DNA from: Spirochaetales bacterium
GTDB lineage: Bacteria; Spirochaetota; Spirochaetia; JABEVK01
Reading direction: 5' to 3'
Assembly: GCA_037142615.1 (NCBI GenBank)
Contig: JBAXAI010000001.1
Span: forward strand, 32,001-96,000
Length of the DNA: 64,000 bases
Part shown: one piece after another, positions 10,604-21,200 of the stretch
Position numbering within the stretch: position 1 is the stretch's first letter
How the letters are laid out: each line of letters opens with the position of its first letter
Translations under genes and position numbers: made by a program
Notes under the pieces: generated by a model
Database searches by the model: none
What the model was told of the DNA's origin: nothing
The model's input: the letters and a program-made list of their open reading frames with translations, nothing else

Positions 10604-11545
10604 ATGGAAAAAGTGTGTGATTTTCTGCTTGGCGCATCCGACCCTTCAGTCAGCGCCCTGTTCAAGGGGCTCGATCCGCAGTCCCAGAGGTCGGTTCAGC
10701 GTTGCTTCAATCAGGAAGAGGAGCTCTTCCTTGAGCTTGCTGAACCGCTGGAAATCCGTTCGCTCGATGTGCATCACGACATTAACAACGCGGTTCCCAG
10801 TCCCCAGTACGCCGCGGCCATCGATAAGTTGGGCAACGACCTGGCCAAGGTTCTTCCCGCTGTGTTTTCCGGGTTGACCTGGTTTTTTGATCCCCGCGAC
10901 ACCTTGCACCCCCTGTTTGTGCAGATGCTCAGCGCCAAAGACAAACGCTACCTCTATGTACTGCGCGTCGACCTGACCTGGAGACCTCGCCACGGCGAAG
11001 TTCTGGAACGCGGCACCAACAGCCGCACGCCCCATTTTCGCACCAAGGCGTTGTTTCTTGAGTCTGAAGTCTTGCCGCTGGCCTCTCTCGACGCCACGCC
11101 AACCGAAAAGCGTTTGTATCTGGCGAAGCTGTTCCAGAACACCTGGAAGGGAGAATCCGGGCGGCGGTATCACGTCGAAGGCCAGTGGATTGACCAGGAC
11201 ATCACCAAGTTTCTGTCGCGCATGGTGCTGACCCCCGGGCGGAAAACTTTCCCCTTTTATCCGCTTCGCTGCCGCTACAACACACTTTCGGCCTCTTGCG
11301 TTGATTTGGAGCCGGAAGGTCGCCGGAAGGCGGCCGCCATCCTCGACACCGCTTGGGGCCAGATCGCCTCCTCGTCGACCGAAATCCAGGATCACCTGCA
11401 GGCTGCGCCTTTTTCCGAGGACCTGCCGCTGTTTCAGCGTCTGCGCGAGGTGTGCCGTCCGCTGGTGGAACCCCGCTTGGGCGACTACCGGCTGGAGCCC
11501 TATTTGAACGCCGACGAGCAGAAGGAATACCGGTACCATGGCTGA
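10604..11545 (+). CDS. conserved hypothetical protein
   Basis: 313-aa ORF collinear with and overlapping the murD start; typical codon usage. Confidence 0.7.
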   Translation: MEKVCDFLLGASDPSVSALFKGLDPQSQRSVQRCFNQEEELFLELAEPLEIRSLDVHHDINNAVPSPQYAAAIDKLGNDLAKVLPAVFSGLTWFFDPRDTLHPLFVQMLSAKDKRYLYVLRVDLTWRPRHGEVLERGTNSRTPHFRTKALFLESEVLPLASLDATPTEKRLYLAKLFQNTWKGESGRRYHVEGQWIDQDITKFLSRMVLTPGRKTFPFYPLRCRYNTLSASCVDLEPEGRRKAAAILDTAWGQIASSSTEIQDHLQAAPFSEDLPLFQRLREVCRPLVEPRLGDYRLEPYLNADEQKEYRYHG

Positions 11546-12995
11546 GGCCCGCTATGACGGCCTCAAAGTGACCGTCATGGGGCTGGGCCTCAATGGCGGC
11601 GGCTTGGCGAGCACTCGCTACTTCGCCTCGCGCGGTGCCAAGGTGACCGTCACCGACCTGCGGCTGGAAGAAGTCCTCGAACCCACCTTGACCCAATTGC
11701 AGGGCTTGGATCTGCGTTTCGTTCTTGGTCGTCACGAAGAAGAAGACTTTCGCTCGGCCGATCTGGTCGTGAAGAACCCCGCCGTTCGGCCCGGCAACCC
11801 GTTCCTTGCGCTGGCAAAGCGCGTCGAAACCGATCTGAGCGTCTTCCTTGCCGCTTTGGCCGAACCCGACCGCAAGAATCCTGTGCTGGCCGTCACCGGG
11901 AGCAAGGGCAAATCGACCACGGCCACAGCGCTCCACGCCCTGCTGAGTTCCCAGAACCCTGGGGCCCGCCTGGGTGGCAACATCACGGTTTCACCGCTGA
12001 GCTTTCTTGACGAGCTGCAGCCCGGGGCCCCGGTCGTCCTGGAACTGTCTTCCTGGCAGTTGGCCGACCTGAAAGGCCGTGGCCTGCTCAGGCCCCAGGT
12101 GGCTGCCGTGACCAACTTGCTGTGGGACCACATGAATGCCTACGCGACGCAAGAAGCCTACGCCGATGACAAGGCTGTGGTGTTCGAAGGCCTGACACCC
12201 CAGGCCTGGTCGCTCGTGAACGTCGATTCGCCGTGGGGTGGGTGGTTCTCGGCGCGAAGCTTTGGCCGCCGGGCCTTGCTGAGCGCCTGCGGAAGACCCG
12301 AGGGTATTGCCGCGGCCCGCTTCTGGCTCGAGCCGTCCGGTCTGGAGGGTTTTGGCGAATGGACGGATGCCAACGGTCTGAACCGCACCGCCCAACTGCT
12401 CCCGACCCAACTCCTTGTGCCCGGCGCTCCGTTCCGCCAGAACTGCCTGATGGCAGCAGCGATGGCCGTGCTTTGGAATATCGACCCGGCGCTCGTGCCG
12501 GGCACGCTGGCCGGCTTTGGTGGCGTCGAGCACCGCCTGGAAAAGTTCCATACTTGGCAAGGGATTGACTTCTACAACGACACCACCGCGACGATTCCCG
12601 AAGCGGCTGCGGCTTCAGTTGCCGCGTTCGCCAACGTTTCTCAGGCCGGGGCTTTGTACCCGAGCCCCGTGCATTGGATCGGAGGCGGTACCGACAAAAA
12701 TCTCGACCTGAGCGCCTTTGAAACGATGTCCCGACCCGCTTCGGTCACTCTGCTCCGGGGTTCGGCGACCGACCGGATCTTGCCCCTGCTTCACGCCCGG
12801 GGTTGGGTCTGCAATGGACCTTTCAGCTCGCTGGAAGAGGCCCTCGATGCCCTTGCTCCCCTCGCAAAACCAGGCAGCGTCGTCTTGCTTTCGCCGGGAG
12901 CTGCCTCGTTCGAACTGTTCAAGAACGAGTTCGACCGAGGCAACACCTTCAAAGCACTGGTACGGGCCCGGCTTCCCGGACCCACCACCGGCTAG
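11538..12995 (+). CDS. murD: UDP-N-acetylmuramoyl-L-alanine--D-glutamate ligase
   Basis: GLGLNGG, VTGSKGKSTT P-loop, LELSSWQL, HRLE, YNDTTAT, LLSPGAASF. Confidence 0.95.
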   Translation: MAEARYDGLKVTVMGLGLNGGGLASTRYFASRGAKVTVTDLRLEEVLEPTLTQLQGLDLRFVLGRHEEEDFRSADLVVKNPAVRPGNPFLALAKRVETDLSVFLAALAEPDRKNPVLAVTGSKGKSTTATALHALLSSQNPGARLGGNITVSPLSFLDELQPGAPVVLELSSWQLADLKGRGLLRPQVAAVTNLLWDHMNAYATQEAYADDKAVVFEGLTPQAWSLVNVDSPWGGWFSARSFGRRALLSACGRPEGIAAARFWLEPSGLEGFGEWTDANGLNRTAQLLPTQLLVPGAPFRQNCLMAAAMAVLWNIDPALVPGTLAGFGGVEHRLEKFHTWQGIDFYNDTTATIPEAAAASVAAFANVSQAGALYPSPVHWIGGGTDKNLDLSAFETMSRPASVTLLRGSATDRILPLLHARGWVCNGPFSSLEEALDALAPLAKPGSVVLLSPGAASFELFKNEFDRGNTFKALVRARLPGPTTG

Positions 12996-13870
12996 CCTTT
13001 TACTGCGCCGGCCGACACGCCTTCCGTGATTTGGCGTTGGAACACGAGGTAGAACAGCAACATCGGTGCCATGCCGATCACCAGCGCGGCAAATTGCTTG
13101 CCGTAGTCCGACGACAGCGTGCCCGAAAACCGGTAAATCCCCAGCGGCAGCGACTTTGTCTCGTTGGTGCTGGTGAGCACGCTGACGAGCATGAACTCGT
13201 TCCAGGTGCCGGTGATGTTCAAAATGGCCAGAGTCATGATGACCGGTTGCGTCATAGGCAGAATCAGCTGCCAGAACACCCGGTAAAGCCCCGCACCGTC
13301 GATGCGGGCGGCCTCCACCAGCGAAGTCGGTATCGATTTGATGTACTCGGTGCACAGATAGATGCCCATGGGCATGCCCAAACCAATGTAGGCAATCAAT
13401 ACGGCCAGCCGCTCGCCGTTGGGGCCCAGCGGTCCGTTGGCGCTCAGCCCAACCATGTTGAGCAGCAAATACAGCGGAATCATGATCGACTGCAGCGTCA
13501 GCAAAATGCCGATGACGAACGAGCCGTAGATCGGTTTGGTGGCCTTGGACGGAATCTTGGCAAAGGCGAAGCCCGCCAAACAGCTGAGCATGATGATGCC
13601 CAGGGTGGTCGCCGCCGTGTAGAACACGGAGTTGAAGATGAGCTTGTCGAACTCACCGATGTCCCAGGCTCCGGGGTAGTTGACGAAAGTGAAGTCCTTG
13701 GGCAAACCGATGCGGTTGGCCTGGAACTCCTTGGTATCCTTGAACGAATTGATGATGAGCCAAATGATGGGGTAGATGGTCATCACCGTGAACAGTCCCA
13801 TCACGCCGTACGACGCCACGCTGCCGGCGATTTGCCCCGTCCGGCCAACCAGGTTCTTCTTGTCTGCCAT
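12992..13870 (-). CDS. carbohydrate ABC transporter permease (MalG-like)
   Basis: EAARIDGA motif, WNEF, multiple TM helices. Confidence 0.93.
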   Translation of the reverse strand: MADKKNLVGRTGQIAGSVASYGVMGLFTVMTIYPIIWLIINSFKDTKEFQANRIGLPKDFTFVNYPGAWDIGEFDKLIFNSVFYTAATTLGIIMLSCLAGFAFAKIPSKATKPIYGSFVIGILLTLQSIMIPLYLLLNMVGLSANGPLGPNGERLAVLIAYIGLGMPMGIYLCTEYIKSIPTSLVEAARIDGAGLYRVFWQLILPMTQPVIMTLAILNITGTWNEFMLVSVLTSTNETKSLPLGIYRFSGTLSSDYGKQFAALVIGMAPMLLFYLVFQRQITEGVSAGAVKG

Positions 13871-13872
13871 GA

Positions 13873-15006
13873 TTATTCCTTTCCTCCGTAGCGCTGCTCA
13901 ACCGTGCGCGTTACGCCGATCAGCAGGAAGCTGACCACGACCATGACCGTCGAGATGGCGTTGGCCAGCGGGTAGTTGGGCGAGCCGCGGAACGCTGTGT
14001 CGTACATATAGATGGCCAGAATCTGGGTGATCTTCGCCGGACCGCCTCCGGTCATGGCATAGACGAGGTCGAAGCTCTTGAGGGAGCCCGAAATCGCCAA
14101 AATAGCCGAGGTCACGATAACGCCCGACATAGCCGGGATGATGATGCTCTTCAGAATCTGGAACTCCGAGGCGCCATCGATCTTGGCGGCCTCGATGATG
14201 GACTCGTCGATTTTCTGCAGGTTCGCCAAAAAGATGATGAGGTAAAAGCCTGTATACAGCCAAAGGATGACGAACAATACAGGAATCATGGCCACGCCCG
14301 GCTGGCTCATGAAGTCGGTCTTCCACTTGTTGAACAGCAAGTTGGTCAGGTCGTCGGCGAGTTCGCCCGAGGTGTTCGAAGAGTAGGTGGCGACGAAGTC
14401 TTTCAGGTCTTGTACCGGCTGCGAAAAGATCGACAGCGAGTCGGGGTTAGCCAGCTTGATGAGCGACTGGATACCGGCATCGTCGAGCGTCACCCCGCCC
14501 GCGAGCAGCGCGGTCACATGGGTGTGGAAGTCGGCCTTGTACAAGGTGTTCATGATTTCGGCCACAGGGCCGAACGGCGAAAAGATGGTCTGCCAAAGCA
14601 GCCCGATCACGATCGTCGAAATGATCGAAGGCATGTACAGCACGCCCTGCCAAAAGGCCGGGGCCTTCACAAGTTTGCGGTAAATGATGTAGGCGAACAA
14701 AAAGCCGAGTGGAATCTGGCCAAACACCGAGATCACTACGATCCACATGTTGTTCGCCAGCGCGTTCCAGAAGAAGCGGTCACCGAACAGGTGAGTGTAT
14801 TGGGCGAAGCCCGTAAGGCCCCAAGCCTGTCCTCCAAAAAGTTTGCCGCCGTTGTAATTCGAAAGCGACAGAAACACCGAGATAATCGTCGGAAACGCCA
14901 TGACGAACAGGTAGAGTACGAAGGCGGGAAGAATCATCACCCAGTACGCTCTTCTCTCTTCGCGCTTAGCCGAGGTCACAGTGGCGACCTTTGTGGCAGA
15001 ACTCAT
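13873..15006 (-). CDS. carbohydrate ABC transporter permease (MalF-like) with enlarged extracytoplasmic loop
   Basis: EAAKIDGA, FDLVYAMTGGGP; AGAGG SD before ATG 15006. Confidence 0.92.
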   Translation of the reverse strand: MSSATKVATVTSAKREERRAYWVMILPAFVLYLFVMAFPTIISVFLSLSNYNGGKLFGGQAWGLTGFAQYTHLFGDRFFWNALANNMWIVVISVFGQIPLGFLFAYIIYRKLVKAPAFWQGVLYMPSIISTIVIGLLWQTIFSPFGPVAEIMNTLYKADFHTHVTALLAGGVTLDDAGIQSLIKLANPDSLSIFSQPVQDLKDFVATYSSNTSGELADDLTNLLFNKWKTDFMSQPGVAMIPVLFVILWLYTGFYLIIFLANLQKIDESIIEAAKIDGASEFQILKSIIIPAMSGVIVTSAILAISGSLKSFDLVYAMTGGGPAKITQILAIYMYDTAFRGSPNYPLANAISTVMVVVSFLLIGVTRTVEQRYGGKE

Positions 15007-15037
15007 GCGGTACCTCTCTTTTTGTGATGCTGTGGGC

Positions 15038-15081
15038 AAAAAAAGAGCCGGGGAGGGGCCACAACCCCGGGTCCCCGGCTC
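15038..15081 (-). terminator. intra-operon hairpin plus U-tract after the solute-binding protein gene
   Basis: perfect 10-bp stem GAGCCGGGGA (15045-15054)/TCCCCGGCTC (15072-15081) followed by T7 on the minus strand. Confidence 0.8.
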
Positions 15082-15094
15082 AAACGACTAGCGT

Positions 15095-16393
15095 TTACTT
15101 CTTGGCAATGACCTTGGCCTGCATCGCGGCAGCGACTTCAGCGGGGGTCTTGGTGCCAATTCCGATTTCCTGGAGGCCGTTGTTCAGCACTTCCACCACC
15201 GGAGCGTTGTCGCCATCGATGACGCCGTCAAGCACGTAGCCGGTCACCGGGATCTTGCCGTAGTAGGCAGCCAGTTTGCCCGACAAGGGCTCGATCTTGT
15301 CCGAGGTGACGTTCTTGCGCGAGGGAATGTAGGCGCCGGTCTCGAGGCGAACCTTCTGGACGGCGGGGCTGTACAGGTACTGCACCAATTTGACGGCGGC
15401 CTTTTCGACGGCCGAACCGGCGGCGACGTTGGTCGAGATGCCGTAACCGGTACCGACGATGGCCGAGATCAGGCCGGGGTTCTTCTCTCCTGGAATGGAC
15501 GGGAATGAGATGATCTCGAAGTCGGACTTCTGGGCAGCGGGAGCAATGAGGGCCTTACCCGAAGCCTTGTCGGTCAGGAACGCACCCACGCGCCAGTCAC
15601 CATCGATGAGGAAGGCGGCCTTGCCGTCGGCGAACAACTGGGGAACTTCGCCGTAGCCAGTCTGAATGGTGTCCTTCGACAACACGCCGTCCTTGTACAG
15701 GGTGGCGATGAAGGTCAGGGCATCGACGAAGGGCTTGTCGGTGAACTTAGCGTTACCCTTGATCACGGAGTCGATAAAAGCGTTACCAGCCATGCGTCCC
15801 GACACGGTCGAGAAGAGGCAAGACTGCATGACCCAAGTGTCCTTGTTCGCCATCAGCACGGTTTGGATGCCCTTGGCCTTGAGCTTGGGCACCATGGCCT
15901 TCAACTCGGCGTAGGTCTTGGGAACGGCGAGGCCGTTGGCCTTGAGCAAGGCGACGTTGGCGTACATGGCAGTGGTGTAAGTAACCGACTGGGGCAGAAT
16001 GGCCAATTTGTTGCCCGACTGGTTGGCGGGGTTAACCGCTGCGGGTACAAAGTTGTTCAAGTCGGAACCAAGCAAGGGCTTGAGGTCCTTGAGCAGGTTC
16101 TTCGTGTGCAGGCTGGCGCTGCGGCCAGAAGGCCAAGCGAAGAGCACGTCGGGAAGCTGGCCGGCGGCAATGTAGGCCTCGGTCTTCTGGTGGAAGGGTT
16201 CGTTGAACAACTCTTCCTTGACCAAATCGATGTCCGGGTTCGCTTTGGCGAACGCATCCCAAATGGCCTTGTCATCGGCATACCCAGCCTGGGTCGCGTC
16301 GATGTAATTGAGAACCTTCAGGGTGACTTGTTCGGCGTTCAGCGCAAAGCCCAGCACCGAGAGCACCAAGAGCGAGATGACCATTTTCTTCAT
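15095..16393 (-). CDS. carbohydrate ABC transporter solute-binding protein
   Basis: signal peptide, AGQLPDV, FADGKAAF..DGDW; GGAGG SD before ATG 16393. Confidence 0.93.
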   Translation of the reverse strand: MKKMVISLLVLSVLGFALNAEQVTLKVLNYIDATQAGYADDKAIWDAFAKANPDIDLVKEELFNEPFHQKTEAYIAAGQLPDVLFAWPSGRSASLHTKNLLKDLKPLLGSDLNNFVPAAVNPANQSGNKLAILPQSVTYTTAMYANVALLKANGLAVPKTYAELKAMVPKLKAKGIQTVLMANKDTWVMQSCLFSTVSGRMAGNAFIDSVIKGNAKFTDKPFVDALTFIATLYKDGVLSKDTIQTGYGEVPQLFADGKAAFLIDGDWRVGAFLTDKASGKALIAPAAQKSDFEIISFPSIPGEKNPGLISAIVGTGYGISTNVAAGSAVEKAAVKLVQYLYSPAVQKVRLETGAYIPSRKNVTSDKIEPLSGKLAAYYGKIPVTGYVLDGVIDGDNAPVVEVLNNGLQEIGIGTKTPAEVAAAMQAKVIAKK

Positions 16394-16449
16394 GGAAATC
16401 CTCCGTTTTTCTTTCGTCCCCGACATACATCAGGGCGCTAACTGAAACC

Positions 16450-16478
16450 ACCCTAAACCCATCCTTCCGGTCTGTCAA
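16450..16478 (-). promoter_or_regulatory. sigma70-type promoter of the ABC operon
   Basis: TTGACA-17 nt-TAGGGT on the minus strand. Confidence 0.6.
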
Positions 16479-16545
16479 GAGGTTTCATGATTCAATCAAC
16501 CATCTGAAGTCAAACTGGGCATGAAAGGTCCGTTCTCATTGGGAC

Positions 16546-16574
16546 TTTACAAGGAACCCGAAAGCCTATAGGAT
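16546..16574 (+). promoter_or_regulatory. sigma70-type promoter of the GH3 gene
   Basis: TTTACA-17 nt-TAGGAT. Confidence 0.55.
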
Positions 16575-16608
16575 AATTGAATCAAGCAACTAACCTCTAG
16601 GAGCCGCC

Positions 16609-18204
16609 ATGGATGCCCGCGTCGTGTTGTCACGCCTGACCCTGCGACAGAAGATCGCCCAGACCTTTCTTCAATACTATCAGGGGTACGAAGACCTGCC
16701 GGAACGCCTTCTCGAACTTAACCGCAAAGGTGAACTCGGAAGCCTCTTGTTCTTCTCGGGTGCCAACGTGCGCGACCTCGGGCAGCTGCACGCCATGACG
16801 ACGGCCATTCAGGGCCACGCGGCCGAGAATCCTCAAAAGATTCCGTTTCTGATCACCATCGACCAGGAAGGGGGGCAGCTGACCGCCATTCACCGGGGCA
16901 CGACCATGTTCCCCGGAAACATGGCCCTCGGTTTTGCCAACGACGTCGAATTGGCGCGGGAGCAGGGCGTCCACGTCGGTAAGGAACTTCGCTGGGCTGG
17001 CATCAACCTTTGTTACGCTCCCGTGCTCGACGTGAGTTACGACAGCAAGACGGTTCCCATCGTCGACAACCGCATGTACTCCAGCCAGCCCGAGGTCGTT
17101 GCTGACATGGGGACCGCGTACATCGAGGGTCTCCAGTCGCAAGGCGTTGCCGCCTGTGGCAAGCACTTTCCGGGCATGCGGCTCACGCAGGAAGACACGC
17201 ATTTCGAAGTGGACCACCACCCCGGCGACCTCGCTCGCCTCGAAGCGGTCGAGCTGGCTCCGTACCGTCTGGCCATCGCGGCGGGTATGGAAGTCATCAT
17301 GACCCACCATGGAATCTTCCCGGCGGTCGATCCCGAGTACCCCGCGTCGATGTCGAAAAAGTGGATGGACTACCTGCGCGACACGCTGGGCTTCCAGGGG
17401 TTGGTTGTCACCGACGACCTGATCATGGGTGCGGTCCGCAAACAATTTGGCGACGAGGAAGCTGTCGTGCGCGCTCTCGCCGCCGGTGCCGACCTCGTGA
17501 TGCACACAGGGGTTTCGGCGACCTACATCGACCTCATCGAAAAGGCTCTAGCTGACGGAAGGGTGACCTTGGCCCGCATTGACGAGGCGTGTTTGAGGGT
17601 TCTGCAGGCCAAGGCGAAGTTCTGCCTGGCGCCTCCCGAAGCACCGGCGGCCAAAAAACCTGCCGGCGACCGCATTGCTCTCGACATCGCCCGCAAAGCG
17701 CTCATCCTCGCCCACGGAAAGTCCACGCTGTTTCCCTTGCCCCGCACCCCAGACACGCAAATCGGAGTAATTTTTGCCAATCCGGCGCGCTTGGTCATGA
17801 GTGACGCCATCAACCTGTACGATCCACTTTCGCTGGCGCAGACCGTGAGGACGCGCACGGGGCACACGCTCATCAAGGAGGCCTTCCTCCCTTGGCGGCC
17901 CACGCACATGGAGCAGGTCTCGGCGGGCGACATCGCCTTCATCACCGACTACTGCCTGTTCACCACGGTCAATGCCTATGCCTTTCCCGAGCAATTGGAA
18001 ACTCTGAAGTACACACGGGAGATTTGCCCCAGCAAGGTGATTGTCGGCATCGCCACCCGGAGCCCCGCCGACGCCGCGTTGCTGGCCCCCTACTGCGATG
18101 CTGTCCTTGTGACCGGCGGCCTGAGTCAGGTGAGTCTGGACGCTCTGGTAGATGCCCTGTTTGTCGACGGCAAGTTCGACACCAACCCGGCTAAGATCCT
18201 GTAG
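16609..18204 (+). CDS. glycoside hydrolase family 3 (NagZ-like), cytoplasmic
   Basis: IDQEGG, APVLDV, KHFPG..EDTH (D-x-H dyad), VTDDLIM nucleophile; no signal peptide. Confidence 0.88.
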   Translation: MDARVVLSRLTLRQKIAQTFLQYYQGYEDLPERLLELNRKGELGSLLFFSGANVRDLGQLHAMTTAIQGHAAENPQKIPFLITIDQEGGQLTAIHRGTTMFPGNMALGFANDVELAREQGVHVGKELRWAGINLCYAPVLDVSYDSKTVPIVDNRMYSSQPEVVADMGTAYIEGLQSQGVAACGKHFPGMRLTQEDTHFEVDHHPGDLARLEAVELAPYRLAIAAGMEVIMTHHGIFPAVDPEYPASMSKKWMDYLRDTLGFQGLVVTDDLIMGAVRKQFGDEEAVVRALAAGADLVMHTGVSATYIDLIEKALADGRVTLARIDEACLRVLQAKAKFCLAPPEAPAAKKPAGDRIALDIARKALILAHGKSTLFPLPRTPDTQIGVIFANPARLVMSDAINLYDPLSLAQTVRTRTGHTLIKEAFLPWRPTHMEQVSAGDIAFITDYCLFTTVNAYAFPEQLETLKYTREICPSKVIVGIATRSPADAALLAPYCDAVLVTGGLSQVSLDALVDALFVDGKFDTNPAKIL

Positions 18205-18218
18205 CGCCAAGCCTTAAG

Positions 18219-21200
18219 CTAGCGCGGGCCGAGCTCCAGAATGAGCTCGACTTCGCCGAGCGAGAGTTTGGTGGCCCGCGAGATCTCTTCCTTGCCCCAG
18301 CCTTGGCGGGCCAGCTTGATCACCGTTTGCCTCAGGTCGTTGTCGACGCCCTTGCTCTTTGCCGAGGTCCCCACCGGGCTATTGGCCTTGGCCAGCGTTT
18401 GGAAGGTGCCGATCTGGGCCTCGGCCGCATCCTTGGTCTCGATGAGTCGGGTCTCGGTGCGCGCGATCCAGTCGCGGGCTTCTTCCATGCGGCCGATACG
18501 GCCTTCGACGTCCTTGAGCAACTGGTCGAGCTGGATGAGCCTTTCTACGGCCTTGTCGGCATCTTCCTTGCCGGCTCCGAGCACCTTGAGGCGTTTGCGC
18601 AGTTCCTCGACCTCTCCTGGCATTTGCCTCACGTCGGCGTCGAGGTTCTTGATCGACTTCTCGACTTTCTCCAGCAGGGCAAAGTTGCGGTCCACGCCAT
18701 CGGTTGTGTTGTCGAGCACCTCGCGGCGTTTTTCCAGCCGTTCGTAGCGGATTTCGATATCCTTGGAGTAGTCTTCGAGCTTGCGGATCTTCAGCTGGAT
18801 ATCTTGCAACAGGTCGTTGCTGCTGGTGACTTGCTCCAGACGAACTTCCATCGATTGCGAAAGTGCCAGGATGCGCTGGAAGTCGGAATCCATCAGGTCG
18901 ATGCGCTTCTTTTCGGTAGCAAAGCGGGCCATCTTCTCGCTGGTCTCGTCGCCGAGCTTCTTGACACGGGTGATTGAGGACTCCACCTCGAACAAGTCCT
19001 TGCGTTGGACCTCGATGCGGGCCAAATCGCCCTTGAGGTCCTCGATGGCCTCCTGAAGGTCCTGCTTGAGGCTGTCGGCCCGTTCGAAGACCTTGGTCTG
19101 GTTGACAAAGGACTTTTGCTTCTTTTCGATTTCTTCCAGGCTCACCGCCAGGAGGTTGGCCTGATCCTCCACCTTGCCGAAGAGTTTCTTCTGCATGGCC
19201 TCGGCTTTTTCGCGCGTGTCCTGCACGGCGCTTCGATAGTCACGAAGCTTGTTTTCCATATCGAGCAGCAGGTCGCGGTTCTTTTTCTGAAAGTCCTGCA
19301 TGGAGGATTCGTACTCGCGTTCGAAGGCCTCCGAGGCGGCTTGAGTTTTGAGCCTGAGGGTGTTGTCGAGCTCGTCGATACCCGCCCTCAGCCCTGAAAG
19401 CTCGCTGCGAAGCGAAGCTCGGTCCTCCGCCGACCGGGTGACGAGTTCCTCCTTTTGCTGGGTGAACTCCTCGGTGAGCGCTGAGATCTTTTCAGACAGG
19501 GTTGTCTTGTAGCCGCGGTAAAGTTCGCCGACTTCGGCTTCGAGGTCCTTGAAGCGCTGGGTAAACTTGGCCTGGCCTGTGCTGAACTCGGTCGTGGTGC
19601 CGTCGAGAAGTTCCTGCGTGTCGGCCCGGAACTGGTCGAGGTTCTCGCCGACCTGGCGCAAGCGGCTTTCGGTCTCGCGCTCCAGCCGTGTGACGGCTTC
19701 GGTGGCTTCGAGTTCGGCACGGTTGATTTCCTGCTGGTACCGGGCGCTGAGCGACTTTTCGAGCTCGGCGAGCTCATCCTTCAGGCGGGCGCGGGTGTCG
19801 TCGAGTTCGGTGTGATGGCCGCGGATCTGATTGACTGCGGCTTCCTGCGATTCGTGGATCTGACGTTCGAGGCGATCCAATTGCGCCCAGGTCGTCGCTT
19901 GGAGGTCCTGAGTTTTCACGCGGGCCGACTCGGCAAAGTTGCGCTGGGCGTCTTCCATGCCCCGGCTGGCCTGTTCGCGGGCGTCTTCCAGCTGGACTTT
20001 GAGGCCACCTTGCCATTCCTCGAGGGAATGGTGCAGCTGGGCGTTTCGCTTTTGCAGGTCGGCAAAGAACTCTTCCTCGAACCCGGCCAGTTTCTCGCTG
20101 ACATTGTCGAAGGCCCTCGACTTCAGCTCCTCGAGTTCCTTGTCGAGGCGTTCCAGCGAGCCTCTGGTTGTTTCCAGATTCTTCTCGAGCGTGGCTTGTT
20201 CCTCGACACGGCGCAAGTTCATCCTCTCGTCAAAGGCTTGAAAGTCCTGGCCGATGCGCTCTGCGATCCGTTCCATAGCTTGGCGCAGGTTGCTGTCCAA
20301 GACGAGCAGGTCTTTTTCTGACTCTTCCATTTTCTGGTAACGGTAGGCAAAGCCCGCTTCGTAGTCCTTGAGGCGCGAGTCGAGCGTATCGGCCATGCGC
20401 TGTTCATTCTTGCTCACCTCAGCAAGGTAGTCCTTGGCCGACTGCTGGCTGAGCTCCAAGCTGGCCAGCAATTCCTGTCGCATCTTGTCGGCCTCGACCA
20501 CGGTTTCCCGTCGTACCCCGAGCATCTTGGCTTCGAGGTCACCCTTGAGCTGGGCGGTCATGGCCATCAGCTGGCCCTGTTCACTTTGGAACTCAGCGCG
20601 AAGGTCCTGACTCGTGCGGTCGAGCTGCGAGCGCAACCCTTCCAACTCGGTACTGGTGTCGGACCTCAGGGCGTCAGCGTCGTGTCGGGTGGCAAGGAGC
20701 ACTTGGTTGAGGTCGGCGACACCGCCTTCGAAGTTGCGGCCCAAGGTGTCGAGCTGACCCCGAAGGTTGGCTTCCGACAGCGCTGCCAAGCCCTGGATGC
20801 GGACTTCCAGCTCGCGGAAGACCTGAAGGCTGAGCGACTCGGCTTCGTCGGCGGTCTTCTGATAGGTCGCCTCGGTGTCGTCGAGAGTCTGGCGGGCTTT
20901 TGCCTCGAGGTCTTGGCCGGCCTTGAGCACCAGCGCGTCGCGCGTGGCTTCCAGGTTGTCCATCGTGGCCTGAAACTCGTCGACCTTGGCATTGGCCGTC
21001 TTGATCTGTTCCACGTAGGCAAAAGTCTCGCGCTCGAACACTTCCAACGCATTCTTGCGGACCGTCTCGAGGTCCTTGCGGTTGATGTCGGCGAACTCCT
21101 GGCGGATCTGCACAAAGGCGGCTTCGAGTGCAGACATCTGATCCGAGGCGCCCTTGATCCGCAGGCCGATCTTATCCACGAAGATCGTTTCTTCCTCGAG

